Below are positions 8,908 through 19,377 of a DNA stretch of 64,000 nucleotides, piece after piece. The position numbers and the translations under genes were made by a program. Every line of letters starts with the position of its first letter. The first letter of the stretch is position 1. The DNA comes from Candidatus Harrisonbacteria bacterium CG10_big_fil_rev_8_21_14_0_10_40_38 (GTDB lineage: Bacteria > Patescibacteriota > Minisyncoccia > UBA6257 > 1-14-0-10-40-38), in the NCBI GenBank assembly GCA_002773535.1, contig PFAZ01000007.1, positions 4,675 through 68,674 of the forward strand, read 5' to 3'. Under the pieces are notes generated by a model. The model saw only the letters and a program-made list of their open reading frames with translations. It made no database searches and was not told where the DNA came from.

Positions 8908-11900
8908 GTGGAAAAAACAAAATTACCAATATTTTTTATAATTGTTTTTACTCTATTAAATTTCACAAATTTAACAAAAGCCTCTGGATATCTTTCTAAG
9001 CCATTATCTATTTCAACCGAATACAGCTGGTTTGATCATACATCTCCAAAATATGGCGCAAATCCAGATCAGTACATAAACATCATGACAAGATATGATG
9101 GGCAAGTTTTTACCGATGGAAGTTGTATACCATATGAATCTTGTTACGATGGGCACGAAGGAATTGATTTTGTAGCTCAAGAAGGCACACCAGTTTTTGC
9201 CTCTGAGTCGGGCAATATTTCAATTGGGTATTCAAATTTAGGGGGTAGATGGACAAAAATTTGGCACGCAAGCCAAAATCAAGCAACGTATTATGGCCAC
9301 CTAAAAGAATACGTAATTACCAGTGGTTATGTTTCCAAAGGAGATCTTATTGCATTCTCAGGAAAGACCGGAGTAGTAAGTGGTCCACACCTACACTTTG
9401 GTGTGTATACCGCCCAAAGTAATGGAATCCCTATCGACCCATATGGTTGGTCTGGGCCGAGCCAAGACCCATGGCAATATGATCTAGGATATCTTTGGGA
9501 TGACAATACGCCACCATCTTGGGGTGAAGAACATGTTTCAGGAAATATTACCCAAGACACTACTTGGATTTCAGGAAATACATATGTTGTAGATGGATCT
9601 ATAACTGTAAATGCTGGAGTTACTCTCACGATAAATCCAAACGTTGTTGTAAAATTTGCCCCAAGTAATGGGGTAATTTCTGTTTATGGAACTCTAAATG
9701 CAAACGGAAATGGATTTCAAAAAATCTACTTCACCTCAATAAAAGACGACTCCGTAGGAGGGGATACGAATCATGACGGATCTGCCACAGCCCCAGCTCC
9801 AGGAGATTACGAGGGAATCTATTTCACCGACGGCTCATCTGGTGGTTTTAGTAATTCTGTATTTCGCTACGGTGGTAAATTAAACTACTGGGCCCAAATC
9901 CCATATGGAGCAATGCGTATCTATGGAGGTGATGTCTCGGTATCAAACACAGAATTTAAAAGTAATATCTACGGAATTTATTATTACAACAACAATACCT
10001 CCGGTACACTTTCCATACAAAACTCCCAATTTGATGAAAATGGAGATTATGGTTTCTATGCAAATTCACCAAATGGCAGAACTCTAATTGTTGAAGATTC
10101 TATATTTGGCAATCACAATATCTCAGCAGGTAAAATCTCAGAAAAAATAAATTTTATCAACTCTGGTAACCACCCCATGTCCGGGGTTTCGACAGTATTT
10201 CATATAATGTACGGCAATGCTCCTGTAAACCAAACTTGGAACCCCGGCATACCTTTCTTAATCGAAAGCTATACAATCGATCAAGGAAGAAAAGTAACGA
10301 TAAATCCCGGCACAATAGTTAAATTTAGCCAAGATTCTTCGATTAATGTTTATGGTTCGTTACTCGCTTTAGGAGAAGCAAATAATAGGGTCTACCTTAC
10401 TTCAGCGAAAGACGACTCCGTGGGAGGTGACACAAACCACGACGGATCTATTACTTCTCCGGCAGCAGGAGATTACTACGGCATGTATTTTTACGAAGGG
10501 TCAGTATCCGCTCTGCAAAATACTTCAATTAAATATGGTGGTAAATTCAACTACTGGTCACCAATTCCATATGGAGTAATACGTATTTATGGAGGACATT
10601 TGGTAATTCAACAAAGTGAAATAAACAGCAACAACCACGGAATATATCAAGTTGGAGACACAACTCTATATACCGAGTCATCAATGATTCAAAATAATAT
10701 TGGTCATGGGCTATATATTTTAAACTCAACAGGTATAGCAACCACAACTATCTTAAACAATGCATTTAACAATAATGAAAATAGCGATGCATACATCTCT
10801 GGAAAAACAATATTCGTAAATAGCGGCAATACCGGCGATGACTCAAGTAAGTTTATAATTTCCGGCCAAATAAGCTATGATCAAGTTTGGAATCCGGGTA
10901 TTCCATTTGTACTTAGTTACGTGTCTATTGATCAAAATAAAAAATTAACAATAAACCCTGGCACAATAGTAAAATTCAACCAAAGTTCCGCAATCAATGT
11001 TTATGGTTCCTTATTTGCTCTAGGTGAAGCAAATAATAAGGTCTACTTCACTTCGATAAAAGACGATACAGTCGGTGGAGACACTAACGGTGATGGATCC
11101 GCAACTTCACCGGCTCCAAGCGATTATCAAGGCATTTATTTTTTCGATGGATCCCATGGAGATATTAATTACGCAAACATTAGCTACGGAGGGGAATATA
11201 ACTATTGGTCAATTCATTATGGGGCATTGCGTATTGCAAATAGCGAAGTGTCAGTAAATAACAGTCTTTTCAAGAAGAATAGCTATGGTATATACATGTC
11301 ATATTCTGGATCAGTTTCAGTAAACAGGTCAGAGTTTGAAAGCAATGATTGTGGCGCGTGCATCTATGCGACACCAGCCACAGTTTCTTTTACAAATAAT
11401 GAATTTAATAACCAAAAAACATACGATATATTACTATCCGGCAATATTAATTTTATAAATAGCGGCAATACAGGTATAAACACCAAAGGAATTTTGTTAT
11501 CAAACTTCACGCCAACGGAAAATCAAATTTTAAATCCAGGAGTGCCATATGTCGTTCAATATGTATTAATTTCATCCGGGAAACAGATAGATATAAAACC
11601 AAACACAATTCTAAAATTTGATGGCAACGGCGCAATAATCACATATGGAAATCTTAATATCAAAGGGCTACAAAACGGACCAGTATATTTAACTTCATTA
11701 AAAGACGACTCTCTTGGCGGTGATACGAATGGGGATAAGCTCGGAACATCTCCACGTGAAGGCGATTACCAAGGAATATTTTTCTACTCTGGAGCAACGG
11801 GTATGATTGAAAATGCCGTGATAAAATATGGCGGTAAGTATATTTATGGCGTCAGTCCACCATATGGAGTAATTAGAGTATATGATGGAACTCTAACTAT

Positions 11901-12162
11901 TCGTAAGAGCACCATAACAAAAAACAAATATGGAATCATGCAACAAGGCAATAATTCTCATACAACAATATCGTTAAGTTCGATAACCGATAACTTAGAT
12001 TATGGGTTCTATAGCTATCGTCCCAATACGGTAAACGCCGATCATAACTGGTGGGGTAGTGCAACTGGCCCATATAATCCAAATTCAAATCCAAACGGAC
12101 AAGGAGACAGGGTTTCCGATGACATCCAATACACTCCTTGGTTAACCAGTAATCCAAACTAA
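8908..12162 (+). CDS. Large secreted M23-family metallopeptidase fused to four tandem beta-helix-like repeat modules
   Basis: Signal/anchor MEKTKLPIFFIIVFTLLNF. M23 motifs HEGIDF and HLHFGVY (HxxxD / HxH). Four ~200-aa repeats, each with TINPGTIVKF...VYFTSIKDDSVGGDTN(H/G)DGSATSPAPGDYQGIYF...KYGG..NYW. C-terminal HNWWGSATGPYNP motif. Confidence 0.7.
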   Translation: MEKTKLPIFFIIVFTLLNFTNLTKASGYLSKPLSISTEYSWFDHTSPKYGANPDQYINIMTRYDGQVFTDGSCIPYESCYDGHEGIDFVAQEGTPVFASESGNISIGYSNLGGRWTKIWHASQNQATYYGHLKEYVITSGYVSKGDLIAFSGKTGVVSGPHLHFGVYTAQSNGIPIDPYGWSGPSQDPWQYDLGYLWDDNTPPSWGEEHVSGNITQDTTWISGNTYVVDGSITVNAGVTLTINPNVVVKFAPSNGVISVYGTLNANGNGFQKIYFTSIKDDSVGGDTNHDGSATAPAPGDYEGIYFTDGSSGGFSNSVFRYGGKLNYWAQIPYGAMRIYGGDVSVSNTEFKSNIYGIYYYNNNTSGTLSIQNSQFDENGDYGFYANSPNGRTLIVEDSIFGNHNISAGKISEKINFINSGNHPMSGVSTVFHIMYGNAPVNQTWNPGIPFLIESYTIDQGRKVTINPGTIVKFSQDSSINVYGSLLALGEANNRVYLTSAKDDSVGGDTNHDGSITSPAAGDYYGMYFYEGSVSALQNTSIKYGGKFNYWSPIPYGVIRIYGGHLVIQQSEINSNNHGIYQVGDTTLYTESSMIQNNIGHGLYILNSTGIATTTILNNAFNNNENSDAYISGKTIFVNSGNTGDDSSKFIISGQISYDQVWNPGIPFVLSYVSIDQNKKLTINPGTIVKFNQSSAINVYGSLFALGEANNKVYFTSIKDDTVGGDTNGDGSATSPAPSDYQGIYFFDGSHGDINYANISYGGEYNYWSIHYGALRIANSEVSVNNSLFKKNSYGIYMSYSGSVSVNRSEFESNDCGACIYATPATVSFTNNEFNNQKTYDILLSGNINFINSGNTGINTKGILLSNFTPTENQILNPGVPYVVQYVLISSGKQIDIKPNTILKFDGNGAIITYGNLNIKGLQNGPVYLTSLKDDSLGGDTNGDKLGTSPREGDYQGIFFYSGATGMIENAVIKYGGKYIYGVSPPYGVIRVYDGTLTIRKSTITKNKYGIMQQGNNSHTTISLSSITDNLDYGFYSYRPNTVNADHNWWGSATGPYNPNSNPNGQGDRVSDDIQYTPWLTSNPN
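9540..12000 (+). repeat. Four intragenic tandem repeats (~580 nt / ~195 aa each) inside the M23 gene
   Basis: The amino-acid block KDDSVGGDTNxDGS(A/I)T(A/S)P(A/R)xGDY(E/Q)G(I/M)(Y/F)F recurs at aa ~285, ~495, ~715 and ~935. Confidence 0.5.
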
Positions 12163-12186
12163 AAACCCCGCCAAGCGAGGTTTTCT
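12163..12186. terminator. Bidirectional hairpin terminator between the convergent M23 gene and rpmE
   Basis: aaaacc-c-cgc-caa-gcg-a-ggtttt, with an A-run upstream and a T-run downstream. Confidence 0.4.
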
Positions 12187-12199
12187 TTCCGGCAATTCA

Positions 12200-12469
12200 T
12201 TAAGCAACTTCCTTCTTTGTCTCTTGTTTTTTCATACGAACTTTCTTTGCCTTATTCGGCATTGCAGCGGCTTTTTCCTTTCTTGCCTTAAATTTCTCAA
12301 CTCTTCCTGCTGTATCGATAAGTTTCTCTTTGCCGGTATAAAAAGGATGGCAGTTATAGCAAATTTCAACAGAAATCTCCTTTTTTGTTGAGCCAACCGT
12401 AAACTCATTACCGCATGCACAGCGAACTTTTGCTTCAGGGTAATATGTTGGATGTGCGTCGGTTTTCAT
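12200..12469 (-). CDS. rpmE: 50S ribosomal protein L31 (Zn-ribbon type) with Lys-rich C-terminal tail
   Basis: CACGNEF...[13 protein letters not shown], the hallmark L31 motif. Confidence 0.85.
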   Translation of the reverse strand: MKTDAHPTYYPEAKVRCACGNEFTVGSTKKEISVEICYNCHPFYTGKEKLIDTAGRVEKFKARKEKAAAMPNKAKKVRMKKQETKKEVA

Positions 12470-12603
12470 AGTAAAGCAATTATATTCGATAAATTAATCT
12501 TTGACAAGAGGCATATTATGGGAATAACATACCTCTTATAGACCCGCTCTTTCCCACATCCGTCAAAAGGAGTTGAGAAAATGTAAATAATAAGGAGAGA
12601 AGA

Positions 12604-13203
12604 GTGATGGAAAAAGCATATTTTGCGCTAATAGCTGTATTCAGTGTGTGTAGTTGCACTGTTACTGATCACGAGCGTAAGTTTCCTAAAAGTTGTGAAG
12701 GAGATCTGGATGCGATAAAAGACCGATTTTCTTTAGTGAAAAATGGCGAAACAACAGAAGAAGATCTCAGGGCCCTCGGGTTTGTATTCGAGGATGATAA
12801 CATCAGGACTATCCCAGGCCCCGGAGCTATGAAAACACTCTTCAGTAATGAGGCATTTCAAGGTCTTCTAGGAGGCCTAGGTAAGGCTATAAACTCCGAT
12901 CTTTGGGGTGAATACAGCTCGCTTAGGCTAATTATTATCCCTCACAAGGATATAACAACAACAGAAGACATTATATATATAAATCACAAACTCAGTACCA
13001 GAATAGGCCACAATTTCAGGTTTATTCTAGTATTTAAGGATGATGTTGTGATTTATCATGATTCAGATGGTACTTTTTTCGATGAAAGTAGAGACAAAAG
13101 CGCATTTCTTCTAGGTCTCTGGACTCTTCTTGGAATTACCAGAGATAACTTCGAATGGCCTCCAATTCCTAAACTTTTCGAAGCCGCGCCCCTCCCTCAG
13201 TAA
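12604..13203 (+). CDS. Hypothetical lipoprotein or secreted protein
   Basis: Signal peptide with lipobox-like VCSC. An SD-like AAGGAGAG lies upstream. A hairpin at 13207-13236 follows. Confidence 0.4.
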   Translation: MMEKAYFALIAVFSVCSCTVTDHERKFPKSCEGDLDAIKDRFSLVKNGETTEEDLRALGFVFEDDNIRTIPGPGAMKTLFSNEAFQGLLGGLGKAINSDLWGEYSSLRLIIIPHKDITTTEDIIYINHKLSTRIGHNFRFILVFKDDVVIYHDSDGTFFDESRDKSAFLLGLWTLLGITRDNFEWPPIPKLFEAAPLPQ

Positions 13204-13242
13204 CCCAAAAGCCCCTGTTTCTAATAGGGGCACTTTAATAGC

Positions 13243-13270
13243 TTGACAGTTGAAAACTGCCCTCTATAAT
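13243..13270 (+). promoter_or_regulatory. Consensus sigma70 promoter (TTGACA-16-TATAAT) for the 16S rRNA gene
   Basis: cttgaca gttgaaaactgccctc tataat, about 170 nt upstream of the mature 16S 5' end. Confidence 0.5.
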
Positions 13271-13439
13271 GGGTAATGCTCTGTAAAGATACAAAAAAGC
13301 CAGATTTGACCGACCATTAACAAAAAATGCAGCAAAGTTGAAAGTTATATAGTTGTCCCAATTTATTTTAAGGAGGTATTCAAGAATAATGCACCTGCTT
13401 TCTTTTGAAAGTTTTTGCATTATTAGTGATTACTTTCAT

Positions 13440-15015
<1,576 letters not shown>

Positions 15016-15188
15016 AATTAAGCTAAGTCGAACATACTTTTTTATGTTTAGTGCAGTACTGCAATCTTTTTATAGGTTCAGGGAAGCAAAAAGTGTTGAT
15101 CGAGGAGCTTTAAGTCTCGATTCGTGTATTAGAGAAATCAAATACGCGTAAATTGGGACAACTATATAGACTTCAACAAAAAGCACAA

Positions 15189-15215
15189 GAAGGCGCCGCC
15201 CCGCCTTCATTTTTG
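15189..15215 (+). terminator. Hairpin plus T-run downstream of the 16S gene
   Basis: GAAGGCG-ccgcc-CCGCCTTC followed by atttttg. Confidence 0.4.
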
Positions 15216-15352
15216 TGCCCTCTATTGTTGTCCCCCCGAGAAATAAATAGTCCACTTTTATCATACATATGGTATAATATCCACAAGAGGTGCTGATTTT
15301 TACAAGCACCGGTTTATGGCGTTGTGCTATATGTTCAAATTTTAAAAAAAAC

Positions 15353-15742
15353 ATGGCAAAAATTTTGCTCGTAGAAGATGATCAATTTCTTTCAGCTTTG
15401 TTAAAAACAAGGCTTGAAAAAGAAAAATTTGAAGTCATAGCGGCACACGATGGCCCAGAAGCGCTTCAAGCGCTCCGCAGTGTAAAACCAGATTTAATAC
15501 TTTTAGATATTATATTGCCGGGAAAGTCAGGTTTCGATATTTTAGAAGAAATGAGGAGCGATCCCCAGCTTCAGGATAAAAAAGATGTTCCAGTTATTAT
15601 CATTTCCAACCTCGGGCAGGAAAGTGACATGGAACGCGGTAAAGAACTTGGTGTTGTAGATTATTTTGTCAAAGCAAGAGTCTCGATAGATGAGCTTGTC
15701 AAAAAAGTTAATAGCTTCATAACAACTCCCGCAAAAAACTAA
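15353..15742 (+). CDS. Single-domain response regulator (CheY-like receiver only)
   Basis: MAKILLVEDD...DLILLDIILPGKSGFDIL...K, with phospho-acceptor Asp and Lys signatures and no output domain. Start chosen at the internal ATG 15353 rather than the track's 15290. Confidence 0.75.
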   Translation: MAKILLVEDDQFLSALLKTRLEKEKFEVIAAHDGPEALQALRSVKPDLILLDIILPGKSGFDILEEMRSDPQLQDKKDVPVIIISNLGQESDMERGKELGVVDYFVKARVSIDELVKKVNSFITTPAKN

Positions 15743-15827
15743 ACAAATAAAAAATTGACGCAGAAAAAGCGCCTATTTTTTAATCAAAAACCCAAACATC
15801 ATTTATTAAAACTTTCCCATCTACCTC

Positions 15828-16068
15828 TAAAAACATAGCTTATTTGAAAGCGTCTGGTTGGCACGCATATCTCATCACCCCACTCAAAACAATATTTAAT
15901 AAATTCTTGATCGGATTATGAGACTGTTTTGGCACACATCCTCCAACTCTAATTAAAAACATAGCTTATTTGAAAGCGTCTGGTTGGCATGGGGTCAAAA
16001 ATTTCTCCCCCCGCTATGCGGGGGGGTTATAAAAATAGAGGAGCGCTTTCAAATAAGTCTATGTTTTC
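15828..16068. repeat. Three copies of a ~36-bp element (two direct, one inverted) plus a G/C hairpin
   Basis: taaaaacatagcttatttgaaagcgtctggttggca occurs at 15828-15864 and 15954-15989. An imperfect reverse-complement copy (gcgctttcaaataagtctatgtttt) lies at 16041-16068. The hairpin ccccccgc-tat-gcggggggg at 16007-16026 sits between the last two. Confidence 0.5.
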
Positions 16069-16299
16069 ATATTTTACTTATCCACAATCCGCTCCTTTCA
16101 AGAAAAACCCTGTGGCTCTATAATCAAATTAAATTCATTACAGAAATGGTCGAGAACATCGAAAAGAAAAGCGCGCGAGTAAGGAAACGCGACGTGAATA
16201 TGCGCAACAACGTGTGAGGAACGTTTTTGCGCAAATTCGCAAGTATATCCCTTCTCGCGCGCTTAGTAGTTAAAAAACAAAAAAACAAAAAAAACAAAA

Positions 16300-16902
16300 A
16301 TGAGAAAAGGATTTACACTTATCGAACTTCTTATCGTTATAGGTATTTTGGCAATTTTAGCCACGACAGTAGTACTAGTACTAAACCCGGCACAAATCTT
16401 GCAGGAATCACGCGATACACAACGAGTTTCTGACCTAGGTTCAGTTCAGTCTGCTATTGGTCTTTATCTTGCCACTTCGCCCAGTATTGATATGGATGTT
16501 GCAAACGGAACATGTGCCACAAACTGGTGGTCATCAACAAGCGCAACCGGAGCAGCAAATCAACCATTTGCCAACCCTGCAGTACAAGTTGATTCAGCAA
16601 CGCTGGCAGATTCAAGAGCCGTTGATGGTAACGGATGGGTTGCAGTTAACTTCGGTTTGGTATCAGGAGGATCCCCGCTAGGATCTCTCCCAATAGATCC
16701 AAGCGAAGACGCAACCAATGCTTTAGATGCGGGCGGCCATTTCTATGCGTATTCATGCTCAGCTACCAATACATATGAAATTAATGGAAACATGGAAAGC
16801 GCTAAGTTTGGAAATGGTGGAGGATCAGACGTAGAAAATACAGACGGTGGTAATGAGCCAGATATTTACGAAATTGGCACAGAGCCAGGTCTCGACCTAT
16901 AA
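16300..16902 (+). CDS. Type IV pilin (class III signal peptide, major pilin candidate)
   Basis: MRKGFTLIELLIVIGILAILA: prepilin cleavage/methylation motif G^FTLIE and a hydrophobic alpha1 helix. Confidence 0.8.
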   Translation: MRKGFTLIELLIVIGILAILATTVVLVLNPAQILQESRDTQRVSDLGSVQSAIGLYLATSPSIDMDVANGTCATNWWSSTSATGAANQPFANPAVQVDSATLADSRAVDGNGWVAVNFGLVSGGSPLGSLPIDPSEDATNALDAGGHFYAYSCSATNTYEINGNMESAKFGNGGGSDVENTDGGNEPDIYEIGTEPGLDL

Positions 16903-16914
16903 AAGTTAATCTGT

Positions 16915-16948
16915 AAAAAACAACCCCGCTCTGCGGGGCTGTTTTTTT
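16915..16948 (+). terminator. Rho-independent terminator after the pilin gene
   Basis: aacaaCCCCGCtctGCGGGGctgttttttt. Confidence 0.55.
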
Positions 16949-16985
16949 ATTAACACACTCAAGTTATGCTAAAATAACTTACATA

Positions 16986-17558
16986 ATGCCATACGAAAAC
17001 CTAGCGTTTTACATATCGACGGGTATCTTGTTGTTCGCGCTTTTTATCCAGTCAAAAGAAAAAACAAAAAAATTTATAAAACCTCTCTTTTGGACTACGT
17101 CAGTCCTTGTTTTAGGATACTTGAGCTATATAACTTATCTTCAATACAAAGCTTTTCAAAAGTCATATCTTGATCTCACGATAGGTACACTAGATGGTCT
17201 TAAGTGGTTTGCAGGCTACGTGCAGCTTCACTTCTGGAACACTTATCTTGTTTCATTTGTTGCAGCCCTGTTAATATTCGCTCTCGCTAAATACATAAAT
17301 AAAAAAAGGGGAGAGGTTTTTTTAGAAGGGGAGGAAATATATCTTGGCGGATTAGGTGTTTTATTAGTTGGTTATCCCTCATTTTTCTTTTATATACCGC
17401 TAGTACTTTTACTTGCCATCATCACTTCACTTATAACAAAAAAACAAAAAGAACGGCTCCCGCTTTATTATTTCTGGATGCCTACAGCAATTTTAGTGCT
17501 TTTGGTCATATTTTTTTGGGCAGAACATCAGTCGTGGTGGTTTACATTTAGATTTTAA
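16986..17558 (+). CDS. Polytopic membrane protein, hypothetical (a divergent prepilin peptidase is possible, inference only)
   Basis: 5-6 predicted TM helices and a position between the pilin and pilB genes. LEGEEIYLGGLGVLLVG loosely recalls the GGGDVKL motif of A24 peptidases, but the catalytic Asp is not conserved. Confidence 0.3.
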   Translation: MPYENLAFYISTGILLFALFIQSKEKTKKFIKPLFWTTSVLVLGYLSYITYLQYKAFQKSYLDLTIGTLDGLKWFAGYVQLHFWNTYLVSFVAALLIFALAKYINKKRGEVFLEGEEIYLGGLGVLLVGYPSFFFYIPLVLLLAIITSLITKKQKERLPLYYFWMPTAILVLLVIFFWAEHQSWWFTFRF

Positions 17559-17658
17559 AGAAAATTCAAAAAATATATCAATGAAATCAATAAAACAAAA
17601 TCAAATTAGTTCTAATAAATATTTTTTATCTTTGATATTTAATTTTTGATTTTTTATT

Positions 17659-19374
17659 ATGCTTCACATTCCTGAAAATGAATTTAAGAAAATACTTGTA
17701 GGAGACAAGGTTATAACTGCTGAGCAATTTGATAAGGCTACCAGTGAGGCGAGGCGTATGGGCACAAACGTTGCCAATATTTTACTTGAACAAAATCTAA
17801 TTACTACAGAGTACTATCAGACGCTTCTTTCAAAGTTTTATAATCTTGAACCGGCAAATTTAGGTGAAAAACAGATCAACGAAGAGGTTTTTAAGCTCAT
17901 ACCTGAAAATATTGCCAGGCAAAAAAGAATAATCGTATTTGGCAAAGAGCAGGATGGCACAATAGACGTTGCGATGGAGGATCCCAGTGATCTTATAACT
18001 ATCGAATACCTTACAAATCACCTAAAATCCAAAATCAAACCATTTTTGGCATCTCGTGATGACATGAACCAAGGTCTGGCTATTTATGGCCAGAAAGTTG
18101 CAGAAGATTTTTCAAAAGAAATAGAAAAAAACATTCAGGCATCACTAAAAAACAAGCTTTCAAGTAGAGATGTAAAAGAAGCCGCTACCGATCTCCCGAT
18201 AGTATCCCTAACCGACAACCTTCTTTCATACGCCATGGCTCTGCATACTTCAGATATTCACATTGAGGTTTTAGAAACAGAAGTTCTTGTACGTTTCAGA
18301 ATAGATGGCATTTTACACGAAATTATGAGGATTCCTAAAGAAGTTCACACAGCTCTGGTCGCAAGGTTTAAATTTCTATCAGGCCTCAAGTTAGATGAAC
18401 ACGTAAAACCTCAAGATGGACGTTTTAGGCATAAAGTGGGCATCGATGTTATAGACATTCGTGTTTCTATTATCCCAACTTTTTACGGTGAAAAAGTGGA
18501 AATGCGTCTCCTTTCAGCCACAGAAAGGCCACTTTCATTCGAAGAACTTGGTCTTTTCTCCGATACAATAAATGCCATAAAGAAAAATATCACCAAAACC
18601 TACGGTATGATCCTTGTTACCGGTCCAACGGGATCTGGTAAGACGACAACTCTCTATTCGATTATGGCTGCCCTCAACAAGACAGAAATAAACATCGTAA
18701 CCATCGAGGATCCAATCGAGTACTACATGAAATACGTAAATCAGATTCAGGTAAACTCTCAAGCTGGTATTACTTTTGCGAATGGTTTAAGGGCAATTCT
18801 TCGTCAAGACCCTAACGTCGTTATGGTCGGTGAGATTCGTGACGAAGAAACAGCAGAAATATCAGTTCATGCTGCTCTAACCGGTCACTTAGTCTTGTCA
18901 TCTATTCACACAAACGACGCCCCAACGGCCATTCCTAGGTTTATAGACCTCAAGGTGGCGCCATTCCTTGCCGCAGCAGTAATGAACCTCATTATCGCTC
19001 AACGTCTAGTGAGGCGCCTTTGTATGACTTGTATACAGTCTTACAAAGTAGAGGACGAAATGCAGAAAGCTCTCCAGAAACAAATGAACGATTTAGGACT
19101 TACAACTAATTTTCAGATACCTAAAACAATGTTTAAGGGAAAAGGATGTTCTGCGTGTAATGGAACGGGATATAAAGGACGTATTGGAATTTATGAGGTA
19201 TTAAATATCAGTGAAGATGTGCGAAAATATATAGTAGAGCCTGACTTTAGCCTTGACGGGTTAAAGGAGATAGCAAAAAAAGAAGGTTTTATATCAATGT
19301 TTGAAGATGGACTTCGAAAAGTTGAAAGAGGCGTGACAACATTAGAGGAGATATTAAGAGTAATTAGAGAATAG
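17659..19374 (+). CDS. pilB: Type IV pilus assembly ATPase PilB (GspE family)
   Basis: Walker A GPTGSGKTT, Asp box, Walker B MVGEIRD, His box and a tetracysteine motif (CMTC...CSACNGTG). Confidence 0.9.
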   Translation: MLHIPENEFKKILVGDKVITAEQFDKATSEARRMGTNVANILLEQNLITTEYYQTLLSKFYNLEPANLGEKQINEEVFKLIPENIARQKRIIVFGKEQDGTIDVAMEDPSDLITIEYLTNHLKSKIKPFLASRDDMNQGLAIYGQKVAEDFSKEIEKNIQASLKNKLSSRDVKEAATDLPIVSLTDNLLSYAMALHTSDIHIEVLETEVLVRFRIDGILHEIMRIPKEVHTALVARFKFLSGLKLDEHVKPQDGRFRHKVGIDVIDIRVSIIPTFYGEKVEMRLLSATERPLSFEELGLFSDTINAIKKNITKTYGMILVTGPTGSGKTTTLYSIMAALNKTEINIVTIEDPIEYYMKYVNQIQVNSQAGITFANGLRAILRQDPNVVMVGEIRDEETAEISVHAALTGHLVLSSIHTNDAPTAIPRFIDLKVAPFLAAAVMNLIIAQRLVRRLCMTCIQSYKVEDEMQKALQKQMNDLGLTTNFQIPKTMFKGKGCSACNGTGYKGRIGIYEVLNISEDVRKYIVEPDFSLDGLKEIAKKEGFISMFEDGLRKVERGVTTLEEILRVIRE

Positions 19375-19377
19375 AAA

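Noticed and set aside
9327-9629. Antisense ORFs inside large confident genes (for example 9327-9629, 19737-20381, 33382-33621, 34059-34520, 36582-36907, 58630-59706)
   Set aside because: They lie entirely within strongly supported genes on the opposite strand, carry no motifs and have biased low-complexity translations, so they are typical shadow ORFs.
12200-12420. ORF 12232-12420 overlapping rpmE
   Set aside because: It is an alternative-frame ORF on the same strand inside the L31 gene, and L31 is strongly supported by motif.
15828-16068. Possible CRISPR array
   Set aside because: There are only three repeat copies, one of them inverted, with unequal spacing and no cas genes. This does not fit a CRISPR array.
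15984-16433. ORFs 15984-16217 and 16227-16433 upstream of the pilin gene
   Set aside because: They overlap the repeat/hairpin region and the pilin 5' end. Their composition is not protein-like, so this is more likely a regulatory region.
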